A DNA stretch of 64,000 nucleotides from Candidatus Omnitrophota bacterium (GCA_043805415.1 JAZDHZ010000021.1:8127-72126), one strand, 5' to 3'. Counted from the stretch's first letter, positions 39,286 through 49,774 are shown. Numbers and translations: made by a program. The notes: generated by a model not told the origin, from the sequence alone.

Positions 39286-39326
39286 AAAGTTCTAGTACTG
39301 GATTATGCTGAATTCAGCAACAATAG

Positions 39327-39355
39327 TTGACGAAAAGCCTATTTTCTGGTAGAAT
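39327..39355 (+). promoter_or_regulatory. Promoter TTGACG-N17-(TGg)TAGAAT driving the element-rpmE-prfA transcript
   Basis: ttgacg aaaagcctattttctgg tagaat, with an extended -10 TG. Confidence 0.5.
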
Positions 39356-39363
39356 TTCTAGTT

Positions 39364-39385
39364 CACAATCGAAGATGTGAACAAG
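39364..39385 (+). promoter_or_regulatory. Hairpin GTTCACA-atcgaaga-TGTGAAC in the 5' leader
   Basis: 7-bp stem. The loop matches that of the 3120-3142 hairpin. Confidence 0.35.
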
Positions 39386-39430
39386 CGTAAGATGTGTAGC
39401 AATACAAGACATTTATGATGTAAATAATAA

Positions 39431-39530
39431 TGATTCCGAAAGTGCCTGCTAGGCCGCAGCCATTTCGGACTAAATTCGCGTGGCTGACTTGATGTCGCAC
39501 AAATGCTCCATAAGTCAGACGCTCATTTAA
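39431..39530 (+). ncRNA. Conserved structured 5'-UTR element, copy B (~100 nt), immediately upstream of the rpmE RBS
   Basis: Collinear with 2971-3100 minus the inserted hairpin. Stems CCGAAAgtg/caTTTCGG, CTGC/GCAG and CTGACTT/AAGTCAG are retained. The inner helix ATG/CAT differs compensatorily from copy A's ACG/CGT. Confidence 0.5.
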
Positions 39531-39742
39531 AGGGAGGGAAAATGAAGAATAAAATACATCCAGAATACAAACAAAGCACAATAACTTGTGCCTGTGGTGA
39601 GGTAATGAATACAAGCAGTACCAAACAAGATATCCGTGTGGAAATATGCAGCAGCTGCCATCCTTTTTATACTGGCAAACAAAAATTACTTGATACCGCT
39701 GGAAGAGTGGAACGATTCAAGAAAAGATATGCTAAACAATAG
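39503..39742 (+). CDS. rpmE: Ribosomal protein L31 (C-x-x-C zinc-ribbon type)
   Basis: [10 protein letters not shown]...CACGEV...[13 protein letters not shown]. Confidence 0.9.
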   Translation: MLHKSDAHLKGGKMKNKIHPEYKQSTITCACGEVMNTSSTKQDIRVEICSSCHPFYTGKQKLLDTAGRVERFKKRYAKQ

Positions 39743-40817
39743 TCTTTTATTTAGTAAGCTCAAAGAATTTGAAGATCGTTTCAAGTTATTGGAAAATCAA
39801 ATGAGTGATCCAGCGGTGATAAAAGACATTTCTGGATATCGAAAAATAGCAATTGAAAGATCCGAGCTTTCTGATAAAATTGCTTTGTTTACAAATTATA
39901 AAAATAATTATGAAGAAATTTCCCGTTTAGAAATGATTCTTCAAGAATCAAGTGAAGAACAAGAGTTCCTTGATCTGGTGGATGAAGAATTGAAAGTTTT
40001 AAAACAAAAACATACTAAGTTTATTGAAAGAATTGAAGAATTTTTAATCGAGCCTGATCCGAATGATGATAAGAATATTATTATTGAGATTCGGGCGGGA
40101 ACAGGCGGTGAAGAAGCAGCGCTTTTTGCCGCGGATCTTTACCGGATGTATGCTTATTATGCTGATAAGTGCGGGTTTAAAGTTGAAGTAATAAACTCAA
40201 GCCCAACGCCAATTGGCGGTTTTAAAGAAATAATTTTTTCTTTAGAAGGGATTAAAGCTTATAAGCGGTTTAAATTTGAATCCGGAATTCATCGGGTGCA
40301 AAGGGTTCCGAGTACTGAGACCTCAGGCAGAATACACACCTCAGCCGTAAGCGTAGCAGTATTGCCTGAAGCAGAAGAGAAGGATATAATAATAAATCCG
40401 CAGGATTTAAAAGTGGATGTGTACCGTTCTTCAGGTGCTGGCGGCCAAAGTGTAAATACAACAGATTCAGCTGTACGGATTACCCATTTGCCTACCGGAG
40501 TAGTTGTAACCTGTCAGGATGAGCGTTCGCAGATTAAAAATCGAGCTAAAGCTTTAAAGGTATTAAGAGCCAGACTGCTTGATCATGCCCAATTAGAACA
40601 GGCTTCGAAAATAAGCCAAGATCGAAAGAAGCAGGTTGGCTCAGGAGATAGAAGTGAAAAGATAAGGACTTATAATTTCCCCGATAGAAGGGTTACGGAC
40701 CATAGAATTTCTTTAACATTATATAAGATTGAACAAATTTTGGCAGGAGATTTAGATGAACTTGTTTCTGGATTGCAGAATGCGGAAAAAGAGCTTAAAC
40801 TTCAGCAAGAAAAATAG
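39729..40817 (+). CDS. prfA: Peptide chain release factor 1
   Basis: GGQ motif ([23 protein letters not shown]), PST tripeptide, HRVQRVP. I prefer the start at ATG 39729 (MLNNSLLF), which gives 362 aa; the track ORF from 39636 would read through the rpmE 3' end. Confidence 0.9.
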   Translation: MLNNSLLFSKLKEFEDRFKLLENQMSDPAVIKDISGYRKIAIERSELSDKIALFTNYKNNYEEISRLEMILQESSEEQEFLDLVDEELKVLKQKHTKFIERIEEFLIEPDPNDDKNIIIEIRAGTGGEEAALFAADLYRMYAYYADKCGFKVEVINSSPTPIGGFKEIIFSLEGIKAYKRFKFESGIHRVQRVPSTETSGRIHTSAVSVAVLPEAEEKDIIINPQDLKVDVYRSSGAGGQSVNTTDSAVRITHLPTGVVVTCQDERSQIKNRAKALKVLRARLLDHAQLEQASKISQDRKKQVGSGDRSEKIRTYNFPDRRVTDHRISLTLYKIEQILAGDLDELVSGLQNAEKELKLQQEK

Positions 40818-40858
40818 AATAGCAGCGATATAGGATAGATACTGATAAGTCAAAAAAC

Positions 40859-41332
40859 ATGATTACTTATTGCACCAAGGGGTGCGATTTTTTTATAAAA
40901 TATTACATGAGGCTGAAAGTGAAATTTACTAAATATGGGTTTTTAATAATCCTAGGTTTATTTTTCATGTTGGTATTAGCCAATAAAGGGCTCACTGAGA
41001 ATATGAATAATTCTGGCTCAGATAGAGTTATTTTTGAACAGCCCATCTCTTATGACGATGTTCTGAAAATGAAAGAAAAAGTCGAACAACTCGAAAAAGA
41101 ACAAAAAGAGAAGAATCCTGGAGCAATCGATCCTATGGGTAATAGTAATAGCTCTGATGAAAACTCTAAAATGCTTATAATGCTTAAAGCATTACTCAGT
41201 GCAATGGGCATAGATGCACCGGAAGATATGCCATTACCGGAAACAGACAATGCCCAAAGTAAAGATACAAATAACTTTAAACAGTGGGGAGCCCAGCACA
41301 ACTGGAAGGGTTTAAGCATTGAGCAAAGATAA
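40859..41332 (+). CDS. Small exported/anchored hypothetical protein inserted between prfA and prmC
   Basis: Hydrophobic segment YGFLIILGLFFMLVLA (likely start at M 40907), followed by a low-complexity acidic tail. Confidence 0.4.
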   Translation: MITYCTKGCDFFIKYYMRLKVKFTKYGFLIILGLFFMLVLANKGLTENMNNSGSDRVIFEQPISYDDVLKMKEKVEQLEKEQKEKNPGAIDPMGNSNSSDENSKMLIMLKALLSAMGIDAPEDMPLPETDNAQSKDTNNFKQWGAQHNWKGLSIEQR

Positions 41333-41350
41333 TCTAGGCGTATGCTCTAA

Positions 41351-42265
41351 ATGCAGGATATGATGAATGAGTTTGCTAATAATCCTAAGATCGGTCAAGC
41401 TTTAATCACAGCAGAAATGCGGTTTTTAGAAGCGGGTATTGATTCAGCAAAAAAAGAAGCGGAAATTTTACTAGGGTTTTTTTTGAATTTTAAGCGCATT
41501 GAACTTTATGCCAAAAGAAATCAAATCATCGAAGACAATATTCTTAATAAGTTTCAAAATGCGGTTAAAAAAAGATGTCTGGCTGTTCCCCTGCAGTATA
41601 TTACTGGAGAGACTTATTTTTATGGGTTAAGGCTTCTTGTTTCTGAGGGGGTTTTTATTCCCAGACCGGAAACGGAAGTACTGGTCGAAAAATTAATCAG
41701 ACTGGCTAAGGCTAGTTTTCCAAATAGATTGAAAATATTGGAGTTATGTACGGGTTCAGGTAATATTTCAGTTTCATTGACAAAAAACTTACAATATTGT
41801 ACAATTATTAGTTCAGATATAAACATAAAGGCTTTAGAATTAGCCAGGCAGAATTTTCAGCTGCATGGGCTGAGTAGCCAAATAGAATTTATCCAAAGTG
41901 ATTTATTTAAGGCTTTGGATAAGAATGAAGCTTATAAACAAGAAAGCAATCGCTTTGATATAATCGTGTCTAATCCTCCGTATGTTAGTGGTGAACAAAT
42001 GAGTCAATTGCCCGCGGATGTGCTTAATGAGCCAAAAGAGGCGCTTTATGGAGGCTGGGATGGGCTTGATTTCTATCGGAAAATTATTAGTCAATCATGC
42101 GGTTATTTAAAAAAGGGCGGTTATCTGGCTTTTGAATTCGGAGATTGTCAAGCCCCGAGTATTGAAAAAATTATAAAAGCAACTGAGATTTTTGAGCCGG
42201 CGGAGTTTTTCGCGGATTTAAACGGAATATACCGATTTGTAATCACTAGGCGTATTAATGGATAA
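41351..42265 (+). CDS. prmC: Release-factor glutamine N5-methyltransferase
   Basis: PRPETE, LELCTGSG, IVSNPPYV. Confidence 0.9.
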   Translation: MQDMMNEFANNPKIGQALITAEMRFLEAGIDSAKKEAEILLGFFLNFKRIELYAKRNQIIEDNILNKFQNAVKKRCLAVPLQYITGETYFYGLRLLVSEGVFIPRPETEVLVEKLIRLAKASFPNRLKILELCTGSGNISVSLTKNLQYCTIISSDINIKALELARQNFQLHGLSSQIEFIQSDLFKALDKNEAYKQESNRFDIIVSNPPYVSGEQMSQLPADVLNEPKEALYGGWDGLDFYRKIISQSCGYLKKGGYLAFEFGDCQAPSIEKIIKATEIFEPAEFFADLNGIYRFVITRRING

Positions 42266-43523
42266 AATTATTATTGAAGGCGGAGTTCCTTTAAAAGGCA
42301 ATATTGTAGTTAGTGGTGCTAAAAACGCGGCATTGCCGATTCTTGCCGCTACTTTGCTGACTGAAGAAAAATGTATTATTAAAAACGTGCCTGTGCTCAG
42401 GGATGTTCTGACTATGCTTAGAATCCTGCGCAGTTTGGGAGTTAAAACCCAAATGCAAGGCAATAAAGTAATTATCGAGCCAAAAAAATGCAAAAGCTAT
42501 GTTGCTGACTATAAATTAGTCAGTACTATGCGTGCTTCAATTTGTGTTTTAGGTCCTTTGTTAGCTAAGCAAAAACAGGCAAAAGTATCAATGCCGGGCG
42601 GATGTATTATTGGCCAAAGACCAGTTGATTTGCATATAAAAGGTTTACGCGCGCTTGGGGCAAAAATTAAGATTGAGCATGGTTATATTGAAGCGCGGGC
42701 TAAACAATTGCGCGGGGCTAATATTTTCCTGGGCGGGGCATATGGTTCTTCAGTGCTGGCGACATCTAATGTGCTTATGAGCGCGGTTTTAGCTAAAGGA
42801 ACAACCTTAATTGAAAACGCGGCTTGTGAGCCGGAGATTGTTGATCTGGCAAATTTTTTAATTAAGATGGGCGCGAAGATAAAAGGTCAGGGAACTCCGC
42901 TGCTTAGTATTGATGGGGTTAAGCGGTTAAATGGTGCTACTCATACAGTTATCCCGGATCGTATCGAAGCTGGAACTTTTATCCTGGCGGCGGTAATTAC
43001 CGGAGGCGACCTGATTATTGAAAAAGCCCGGGCTGATCATTTGTCAGCGCTGTTTGATAAATTAAAGCAGATTGGGGTTTCAATTACTGTCCGCGGCGAC
43101 TGTATTCATGTTAAAAGAAAAACAGCGCTATTAAAGCCTGTGGACATAACTACCTTACCTTATCCGGGTTTTCCTACGGATATGCAGGCACAAATGATGG
43201 CAGTAGCAGCGGTTAGTGACGGAATTAGTGTGTTGACGGAAAAGATATTCCCAGACAGGTTTATGCATGTTAGCGAATTGAATCGTATGGGAGCAGGAAT
43301 TTTTTTAGAAGGAGCAAGCGCGATTGTCAAAGGCGTAAAACGTTTAAGCGGCGCGCCGGTTATGGCTTCTGATCTAAGAGCTTCCGCGGCGCTGATTTTA
43401 GCAGGCTTGGTTGCTAAAGGGAAAACCGAAGTTTCTCGGATTTATCATTTAGATCGAGGGTATGATAAAATTGAAGAAAAATTGCAGAAAGTCGGAGCAA
43501 AGATTAAAAGAGTAAAAGAATAA
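42258..43523 (+). CDS. murA: UDP-N-acetylglucosamine 1-carboxyvinyltransferase
   Basis: MDKIIIEGG.PLKG...SGAKNAALPILAA, and the EPSP-synthase fold length. Confidence 0.95.
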   Translation: MDKIIIEGGVPLKGNIVVSGAKNAALPILAATLLTEEKCIIKNVPVLRDVLTMLRILRSLGVKTQMQGNKVIIEPKKCKSYVADYKLVSTMRASICVLGPLLAKQKQAKVSMPGGCIIGQRPVDLHIKGLRALGAKIKIEHGYIEARAKQLRGANIFLGGAYGSSVLATSNVLMSAVLAKGTTLIENAACEPEIVDLANFLIKMGAKIKGQGTPLLSIDGVKRLNGATHTVIPDRIEAGTFILAAVITGGDLIIEKARADHLSALFDKLKQIGVSITVRGDCIHVKRKTALLKPVDITTLPYPGFPTDMQAQMMAVAAVSDGISVLTEKIFPDRFMHVSELNRMGAGIFLEGASAIVKGVKRLSGAPVMASDLRASAALILAGLVAKGKTEVSRIYHLDRGYDKIEEKLQKVGAKIKRVKE

Positions 43524-43545
43524 ATTTAAAAAGGGAGGTGAAATA

Positions 43546-43812
43546 GTGGCAGTTATTATTCGTTTATCAAGATTAGGGACAAAAGGAAAACCGCATCATA
43601 AAATTGTTGTTATAGAACAGCATAGACCAAGAGACGGTCGATTTATTGAAGAAATTGGTTATTACAATGCTTCACTTAAGCCAGCAATGGTTGAAATTAA
43701 AGAAGAGCGTGCTTTATATTGGATTAGCGTTGGGGCAAAACCAACAGGAACTGTAAAAAGAATCTTAAAAAATAAAATTATCTCTTTGCAAGGTAAAAAG
43801 GAGACAAAATAG
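43546..43812 (+). CDS. rpsP: Ribosomal protein S16
   Basis: MAVIIRLSRLGTKGKPHHKIVV. Confidence 0.9.
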   Translation: MAVIIRLSRLGTKGKPHHKIVVIEQHRPRDGRFIEEIGYYNASLKPAMVEIKEERALYWISVGAKPTGTVKRILKNKIISLQGKKETK

Positions 43813-44117
43813 TGAAACGTGCTATTTTATTTATTTTGGCTGGCTTGATGGTTTTTTCTGTTTCGGGATGTAAAACTCTAAATGAGTTTATTAAACCCGA
43901 GGGAGAAGAGGCATCAATAAAGGCTGATGAGTTAAACCTTGATAATGACCAAGCATATCTCTTGCGCAGCTGGTATCATAATGCGGTTTTATCAGAAGAT
44001 GTGGGGGATTATAATACAGCAATTATGTACTATTCAAAGATTGTTGAGTATTTTCCGGAAACTAAAAAAGCGGCTATGGCCAAAAAACGGCTTAAGGTGC
44101 TAAATAAAGCGCATTAA
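43812..44117 (+). CDS. Small lipoprotein (TPR-like helix pair) occupying the usual rimM position
   Basis: Lipobox FSVSGC. Not RimM-like (no PRC barrel, only 101 aa). Confidence 0.5.
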   Translation: MKRAILFILAGLMVFSVSGCKTLNEFIKPEGEEASIKADELNLDNDQAYLLRSWYHNAVLSEDVGDYNTAIMYYSKIVEYFPETKKAAMAKKRLKVLNKAH

Positions 44118-44159
44118 TGTAGATATGTTTGTTAAGGCGAAAACAATAATTTTCAAAAT

Positions 44160-44855
44160 ATGCAGATAGACGTGTTGACATTGTTCCCGGAGATGTTTCC
44201 CGGAATTTTAAATGAATCTATTTTAAAAAGAGCTCAGGAAAATAAAAAAGCGCGAATTTCTGTTTATAATATGCGCGATTGGACACATGACGCGCGGAAA
44301 ACTGTAGATGATAAGCCGTATGGCGGCGGTCCGGGAATGGTGATTAAACCAGAACCGGTATATGAAGCTTGCGATGATCTTTGTAAAAAAAATTCACATG
44401 TAATTTTACTTACTCCTCAGGGAGAAAGATTTAATCAATCAATTGCTAAGGAACTTTCAAACCAAAAGCGAATATTACTGATCTGCGGTCATTATGAAGG
44501 TTTTGATGAGCGGATCAGAAAAATAGCAGATCGGGAAATTTCGATTGGAGATTATGTGCTTACCGGCGGGGAAATACCGGCGATGGTAGTTATTGATGCC
44601 GTAATCCGGCTTATTCCCGGGGTTTTAGGAGAAGAAGCTTCTTTAGATGATGAATCATTTAATGATGGCTTGCTTGAATACCCGCATTACACGCGGCCCA
44701 GAGTATATAGAAATATAAAAGTGCCGCAAGTGCTTTTATCCGGAGACCATAAAAAAATAGCAAAGTGGCGTTGTGAACAATCATTAAAAAGAACACAAGA
44801 AAAAAGAAAAGATTTACTAAGGGAGGAACTAAACAATGGTAAAGAAAAAAAATGA
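44160..44855 (+). CDS. trmD: tRNA (guanine37-N1)-methyltransferase
   Basis: [21 protein letters not shown]. Confidence 0.95.
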   Translation: MQIDVLTLFPEMFPGILNESILKRAQENKKARISVYNMRDWTHDARKTVDDKPYGGGPGMVIKPEPVYEACDDLCKKNSHVILLTPQGERFNQSIAKELSNQKRILLICGHYEGFDERIRKIADREISIGDYVLTGGEIPAMVVIDAVIRLIPGVLGEEASLDDESFNDGLLEYPHYTRPRVYRNIKVPQVLLSGDHKKIAKWRCEQSLKRTQEKRKDLLREELNNGKEKK

Positions 44856-45186
44856 TCAGCCGAATATTGTTGACTTTGGACCTGGCGATACAATTAAAGT
44901 TTATGTAAAAATTCAGGAAGAAGAAGGAAAAGTTCGTATTCAGAGTTTTGAAGGAGTTGTTCTGCGTAAGCGTGGCGGAGGAGTGAGTGAGACTTTTACT
45001 GTGCGCCGAGTTTCTTATGGAGAGGGCGTGGAAAGAATTTTTCCTTTACACTCGCCGATTATCGACAGAATTGAAATTATTAAACAAGGAAAAGTGCGTC
45101 GAGCAAGACTATATTATTTGCGCGATAGAAAAGGTAAGAGAGCAAAAATCGAAGAAAAAAAGAAAACAGTTAAAGCTGAGGCTTAA
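44836..45186 (+). CDS. rplS: Ribosomal protein L19
   Basis: [26 protein letters not shown]. Confidence 0.9.
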   Translation: MVKKKNDQPNIVDFGPGDTIKVYVKIQEEEGKVRIQSFEGVVLRKRGGGVSETFTVRRVSYGEGVERIFPLHSPIIDRIEIIKQGKVRRARLYYLRDRKGKRAKIEEKKKTVKAEA

Positions 45187-45192
45187 CAAAGC

Positions 45193-45795
45193 GTGTGGCA
45201 AATAGAGCAATCTGTTTTTGACAGAGGGATTGAACTTATAGCGGGAGTGGATGAGGCGGGACGCGGCCCTTTGGCAGGGCCAGTAGTTGCTGCCGCGGTT
45301 ATTGTTCCTAAAGCGTATATATTTGAATCCAAAGTAACTGACTCAAAGAAATTGTCTGCTATTCAAAGGCAAAAAGCATATAAAGAGATAACTGCTAAAT
45401 GTGTTTTTGCTTTTGCTGTAGTTAGTGAAAAACAAATTGATGAATATAATATTCTTCAGGCTAGTCTTTTGGCCATGGCTAATGCCGTTAATAAGCTTAG
45501 CAAAAAACCTGAGTGGGTTTTAGTTGATGGCACGCATAAACCTAATATAATATTTCCCAGCCAAACAATAATCCAAGGGGATGCAAAAAGTATTTCCATT
45601 GCTGCCGCTTCAATTGTGGCAAAGGTTGTAAGAGATAATCTGATGCGTCAAATGGATAATCAGTACCCGCAATACGGCTTTGCAATTCATAAAGGCTATG
45701 GAACAAAATCCCATCTGCAAGCGATATCCCAGTATGGGCCTTGCCCGATCCACCGTAAATCATTCCAACCGATAAAAGACCTTATTAGTAATTAG
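45193..45795 (+). CDS. rnhB: Ribonuclease HII
   Basis: [21 protein letters not shown]. Confidence 0.95.
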   Translation: MWQIEQSVFDRGIELIAGVDEAGRGPLAGPVVAAAVIVPKAYIFESKVTDSKKLSAIQRQKAYKEITAKCVFAFAVVSEKQIDEYNILQASLLAMANAVNKLSKKPEWVLVDGTHKPNIIFPSQTIIQGDAKSISIAAASIVAKVVRDNLMRQMDNQYPQYGFAIHKGYGTKSHLQAISQYGPCPIHRKSFQPIKDLISN

Positions 45796-45958
45796 TTTTC
45801 TCTTGTATTTTGAATAATTCTCTTAAAATAAAATCTTATCAAAAATTGGCATAAAAAGTTAAAAAATGGTAAACTTTACTAATTTTTAATTAAATTAAAA
45901 TTAACTTAACCTTATGCGATCAAATGATAAATAGAATTTACGCTTTTACGGGGAAGAT

Positions 45959-48900
45959 ATGATTACCGGTAAAAAACTTCAAATATTTAAAAAAACACTG
46001 GCCTTGGTTTGCGGGTGGAGTTTCCTTTGCCTAAATAATGCGCTGGCTTTTAGCTGTCTTGATTATGCTCAGCAGGATAATTGTTTGAGTCCGCAGGTGA
46101 ACATTGCTAGTACGTTTTTTGTCGATAATTTTCAGAAAATCACAAGAACTCCGCGTTGGCTTAGACCGGATATTGTTGGTTTCTTTGGCGGTACAGGAGG
46201 CAATATTGCCGGCAATGTTTTAAGTTTCAGCGATTTAAATCAGTTCTTAACGGAAAAATTATTTGTCAGTTTTATTATCTCACCGCATGATGATGGCGGT
46301 TCTTCTGTTATTCTGCAGAGAGTTTTATCGGAATATCTTGGGTATACTCTTTCTCCAGGGGACACAAATAATATATTCTCCGGACTGACCACCAGTTATT
46401 TTAAAAAGCGGGTTCTGAGAACGCGTTTTGAAGAGAATATCTCCGGAACACTTTTACGCGATAAGCTGGAAAAAATTATCACCGCTACTGAAGATTTGGC
46501 CAGGTCCAGGCCTTTATTTTTAGATGAACAAAAAGAAAAAACAGTTAGCAAAATAACGATTGAAGGTATTGATTATCCAGTCAGTTTTGACTCACAGAAT
46601 AAGCGGTTTATATTTAATCAGGGTAAAGAAGCGGGGATTAATCAGAAGCTAATATTTGAAAAAGAGCAATTTATCATTAAACAATATGAGGGGAAAACAA
46701 TATTGTGTTTCATCCCTGATGAAAATAATTCAGAAGCCTTAACTTATGACTTGAAAACTAATTCTAATTGGGCACAGTTTAAACAGCAAATTCTAGAACT
46801 TGCCCAAAGTTTTGATCAGGAGTTTATAAACCCGAAAACTAAAACTTTGCCGGGAAAAATTGTTGATATCTCTTCCGGAAGCATGGGGAATTTTTTAATT
46901 GCCGCTAAGATGATTCAAACAGGGGTTTATGATCCTAAAAGAAAAGATTTAATTGATCAGGTTAAATACCACCAGGGTATTCAGGAGCTGTGTGATTTGC
47001 TGGATATTGATAATGGCTTTGTCAGTTGTTCAACTTTTGATCCGGCGATTTTGTATGTAAAACTTGCTTCAATTGCTATTGAAAAAGACAATAAAGCTTT
47101 ATTGCTGGATGGGAATAATGAACAGACTTTAAAGGCCAGCGGAATACTGATTGATAAAATAGACCGCGGCCGCGGAGTATTTGATATTAATTGCGAGGGT
47201 TCGGAAAATTCTCGGCGCACAAAGTTTGGTTTAAAAATCCGGGAATATATTGAAGGTTATGTATACAGGAATAAACCGGGCCGGGAAGACAGTTATTCAG
47301 AAGTGAGTTTGCCTTTAGATGTACTGGCGCAATATCCGGTTACGCTTAGCTATAATGGGCTTGAACTGAGTCTAAAAATCGCGAATCAGAAAATAGTTAG
47401 TCTGGACTATGAAAAAGATGGGAAAGATGAAAAAGTTAAAAAAGTTGGCAAAATTACTCAAGCGCAATTAGCAAAGCTTGAATCAGAAGGGCGGATTATT
47501 TTTGCTTTGCCGGAAACGGTTGCGTCGGCTTCAGCTACGGAGATGCGAAGCTTGCCGCGATTTTATATTGACGCAAAGTCAGGAAACTTGCAGATAGTTC
47601 TGGATACTAAGGGAATAGGCGTTGGGCTTTCAATAAATGGAGTGCAGTTAAAAATAAAAAGCCGTCTGGTTATTGAGCAGACAAATATAACCGAGGGGCT
47701 GCATCACTGCGGAATAATTGATTTTGGTTTTTTAAATAATGTTAAGCCGCGGGTTAACAAACATAGCCTTTTAGCGATGGAGAATGCTCCTTTGTTAATT
47801 ATGGGGCCAGGCAGTCAGTATACAAGCTTAATGTCGCTTTTACTTATTCCGGAAATCGTCGAAGCTTTGAAGCAAAGGGTTGCCAGCGGTAAAGAAAATC
47901 TGTTTATTTTTAATCCCTTAAGAGATAATGAAACTGTTGATAGTCAAAGTGTAAGGGATATTATTAGTGATATTGAGCGGATTACAGGAGTTGAGTTTGG
48001 GGAAATATTTAATAATGCGGTAGTTAATGATAGTCAAGCATTTCTGGAAGATTTTTCTAAAGCTGAAGACGATTTTAGGGCATTGGGAGAATCATCTCCT
48101 GATTATTTCGCGGCAAAACAATTATATGAAAAATATTTTAAAATGAACAGCTTAATGAATGAGATGAAAGATAAAAAAACATCAAAGACAAGAAAAGCAT
48201 CGAGTTTTTCCAAGCTGGCAAAATATTCAAGAGGTAGAATTAGTTTTGACGAAAATGATTTAAACGCGCTGATAGGCCAGGGTGTGGAAGTTTATAAAAC
48301 AAGAGTTATCTTGAGCTCCCGGGAAGTTCGCGAAAAAGGAAAGGCGCTGAAGGAGGAATCGATAAGATATGATAATGCTCAGATCGCGAATATTATTGAT
48401 CAAATACTTTGGAAGCGGGGAGCGGTATTTAAGCAGGATGAAAAATTAGGCAGACTCAGGCAGCAGCTTATTGACGAATATTTTGACGGAGATGCCGCTG
48501 AATTTGACAAAGCAAGCGAACGGATAAGAAATGAAGGGATCTTGAAATCAAGGAGTCCGGCCGCTACAGCAAGGTATATATTTGAGCGTTTGGTAAAAGA
48601 GGATTTTGTTTTTTCTGATAAGCAGCAGAAAGCTCTTTTGGGAAAGAAGGTAATAATTACTAATCTTAAGCATACGCTTTGTATGAAAAACGGGATTACG
48701 CCAAAAATAAAAAAAGAGCTAGAGGTGTTTTTAAAGAACAATGGTAAATTAATCGTTATTAGCGGTTTTGAAGTTGGAGAGATGAAGCGAAGGCTGCTTG
48801 ATTTTGTGGATAAAAGTTTATGGAGTTCAATTGTTTTAGTGGCTAATTACGGAACAGAGGCATGGTACTGGGATCAGCAGCAAGCAAAGCTAATGAGCTT

Positions 48901-49630
48901 ATTTACTTCTTTTTATGAAGAAGCCGGTATTACTGATGAGCAAAGAGCCAGATGGCAGCAAATAGTGGATAATACTGTGTTAGAGTATGGTCTGGATAAA
49001 CCGCTGAGAACTAAGTCCGTAAGTATGGATAAAACCATCGCGGAAGTTGAAGATCGGGGAACAATGATTGCTTTACGCTTGGGATCGCGGCTTTATCTGC
49101 ACAGCTTAAACCTGATTACCCTGGCAAATAGGCGCTTGAACGAACAGTATTTACCGTTGATTGGGGCTGATGGTGTTTTGCGTACTCCGATGCTTGAGCG
49201 TTTGAATAATATGTTTGCCAAATATGATCTGCCGATAAGCGCTGTTTTGGGCGGAACAGGCACGATTAATACCATGGTTAAAAAAGCAGCGGATAAAGGC
49301 GATGTTATTCAGCGGGTATTATGGGCAGCTAAAGATAAGGGATTGCTGCCCAGGGAAAACCTTGAGCAGCAGCTGCTGATTATGGGTAAGGGCAATTATG
49401 AAATAGCCAAAAAACTGGAATCTGATCAGGTGCCTTGGCTGGTGTTTCGGCTGCCGCGTCAATCTACTAAATATATGATTGAATTTAAGAAAAAGTATGG
49501 GGTCCAGGCTGCTGAGGTGTTTTTAGAACAGCTGAATCTTATCAAAAGCTCTCTTGAAGCAGCTAAAATATTGATTAAAGTATATGATTCTGTTCCTGGT
49601 AATTTAGATTCAATCGGTCAGGCGATATAG
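45959..49630 (+). CDS. Giant (1223 aa) exported YvcK/CofD-family (UPF0052 'gluconeogenesis factor'/LPPG-transferase fold) protein with a ~450-aa insertion and a ~500-aa C-terminal extension
   Basis: Signal peptide TLALVCGWSFLCLNNALA|FS. The family N-terminal half is IVGFFGGTGGNIAG...FIISPHDDGGSSVILQRV...LSPGDTNN. The family C-terminal half appears ~450 aa later (LLIMGPGSQYTSLMSLLLIPEIVEALK ... NAVVND). Confidence 0.55.
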   Translation: MITGKKLQIFKKTLALVCGWSFLCLNNALAFSCLDYAQQDNCLSPQVNIASTFFVDNFQKITRTPRWLRPDIVGFFGGTGGNIAGNVLSFSDLNQFLTEKLFVSFIISPHDDGGSSVILQRVLSEYLGYTLSPGDTNNIFSGLTTSYFKKRVLRTRFEENISGTLLRDKLEKIITATEDLARSRPLFLDEQKEKTVSKITIEGIDYPVSFDSQNKRFIFNQGKEAGINQKLIFEKEQFIIKQYEGKTILCFIPDENNSEALTYDLKTNSNWAQFKQQILELAQSFDQEFINPKTKTLPGKIVDISSGSMGNFLIAAKMIQTGVYDPKRKDLIDQVKYHQGIQELCDLLDIDNGFVSCSTFDPAILYVKLASIAIEKDNKALLLDGNNEQTLKASGILIDKIDRGRGVFDINCEGSENSRRTKFGLKIREYIEGYVYRNKPGREDSYSEVSLPLDVLAQYPVTLSYNGLELSLKIANQKIVSLDYEKDGKDEKVKKVGKITQAQLAKLESEGRIIFALPETVASASATEMRSLPRFYIDAKSGNLQIVLDTKGIGVGLSINGVQLKIKSRLVIEQTNITEGLHHCGIIDFGFLNNVKPRVNKHSLLAMENAPLLIMGPGSQYTSLMSLLLIPEIVEALKQRVASGKENLFIFNPLRDNETVDSQSVRDIISDIERITGVEFGEIFNNAVVNDSQAFLEDFSKAEDDFRALGESSPDYFAAKQLYEKYFKMNSLMNEMKDKKTSKTRKASSFSKLAKYSRGRISFDENDLNALIGQGVEVYKTRVILSSREVREKGKALKEESIRYDNAQIANIIDQILWKRGAVFKQDEKLGRLRQQLIDEYFDGDAAEFDKASERIRNEGILKSRSPAATARYIFERLVKEDFVFSDKQQKALLGKKVIITNLKHTLCMKNGITPKIKKELEVFLKNNGKLIVISGFEVGEMKRRLLDFVDKSLWSSIVLVANYGTEAWYWDQQQAKLMSLFTSFYEEAGITDEQRARWQQIVDNTVLEYGLDKPLRTKSVSMDKTIAEVEDRGTMIALRLGSRLYLHSLNLITLANRRLNEQYLPLIGADGVLRTPMLERLNNMFAKYDLPISAVLGGTGTINTMVKKAADKGDVIQRVLWAAKDKGLLPRENLEQQLLIMGKGNYEIAKKLESDQVPWLVFRLPRQSTKYMIEFKKKYGVQAAEVFLEQLNLIKSSLEAAKILIKVYDSVPGNLDSIGQAI

Positions 49631-49711
49631 CCAAAATAAGCTTGATCCCGCAATTTGTTCTCATGAAATATCTAAAAGTTGTAACTCATTCACTGTCAAT
49701 ATATTACATTC

Positions 49712-49740
49712 TTGCAATAAGACATAAAATATGGTATAAT
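49712..49740 (+). promoter_or_regulatory. Near-consensus promoter TTGCAA-N17-(TGg)TATAAT for the RSH-like gene
   Basis: cttgcaa taagacataaaatatgg tataat. Confidence 0.55.
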
Positions 49741-49774
49741 TTATAACATTTCAAAAAGGCTTAAAAAGTGAGAT

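Noticed and set aside
39636-39728. Upstream extension of prfA offered by the ORF track (start 39636)
   Set aside because: It would overlap most of rpmE in another frame. The ATG at 39729 gives a 362-aa RF1 beginning MLNNSLLF, consistent with the family length.
44987-45205. 72-aa + ORF overlapping rplS
   Set aside because: Alternative frame of the L19 gene. The L19 frame carries the conserved motifs.
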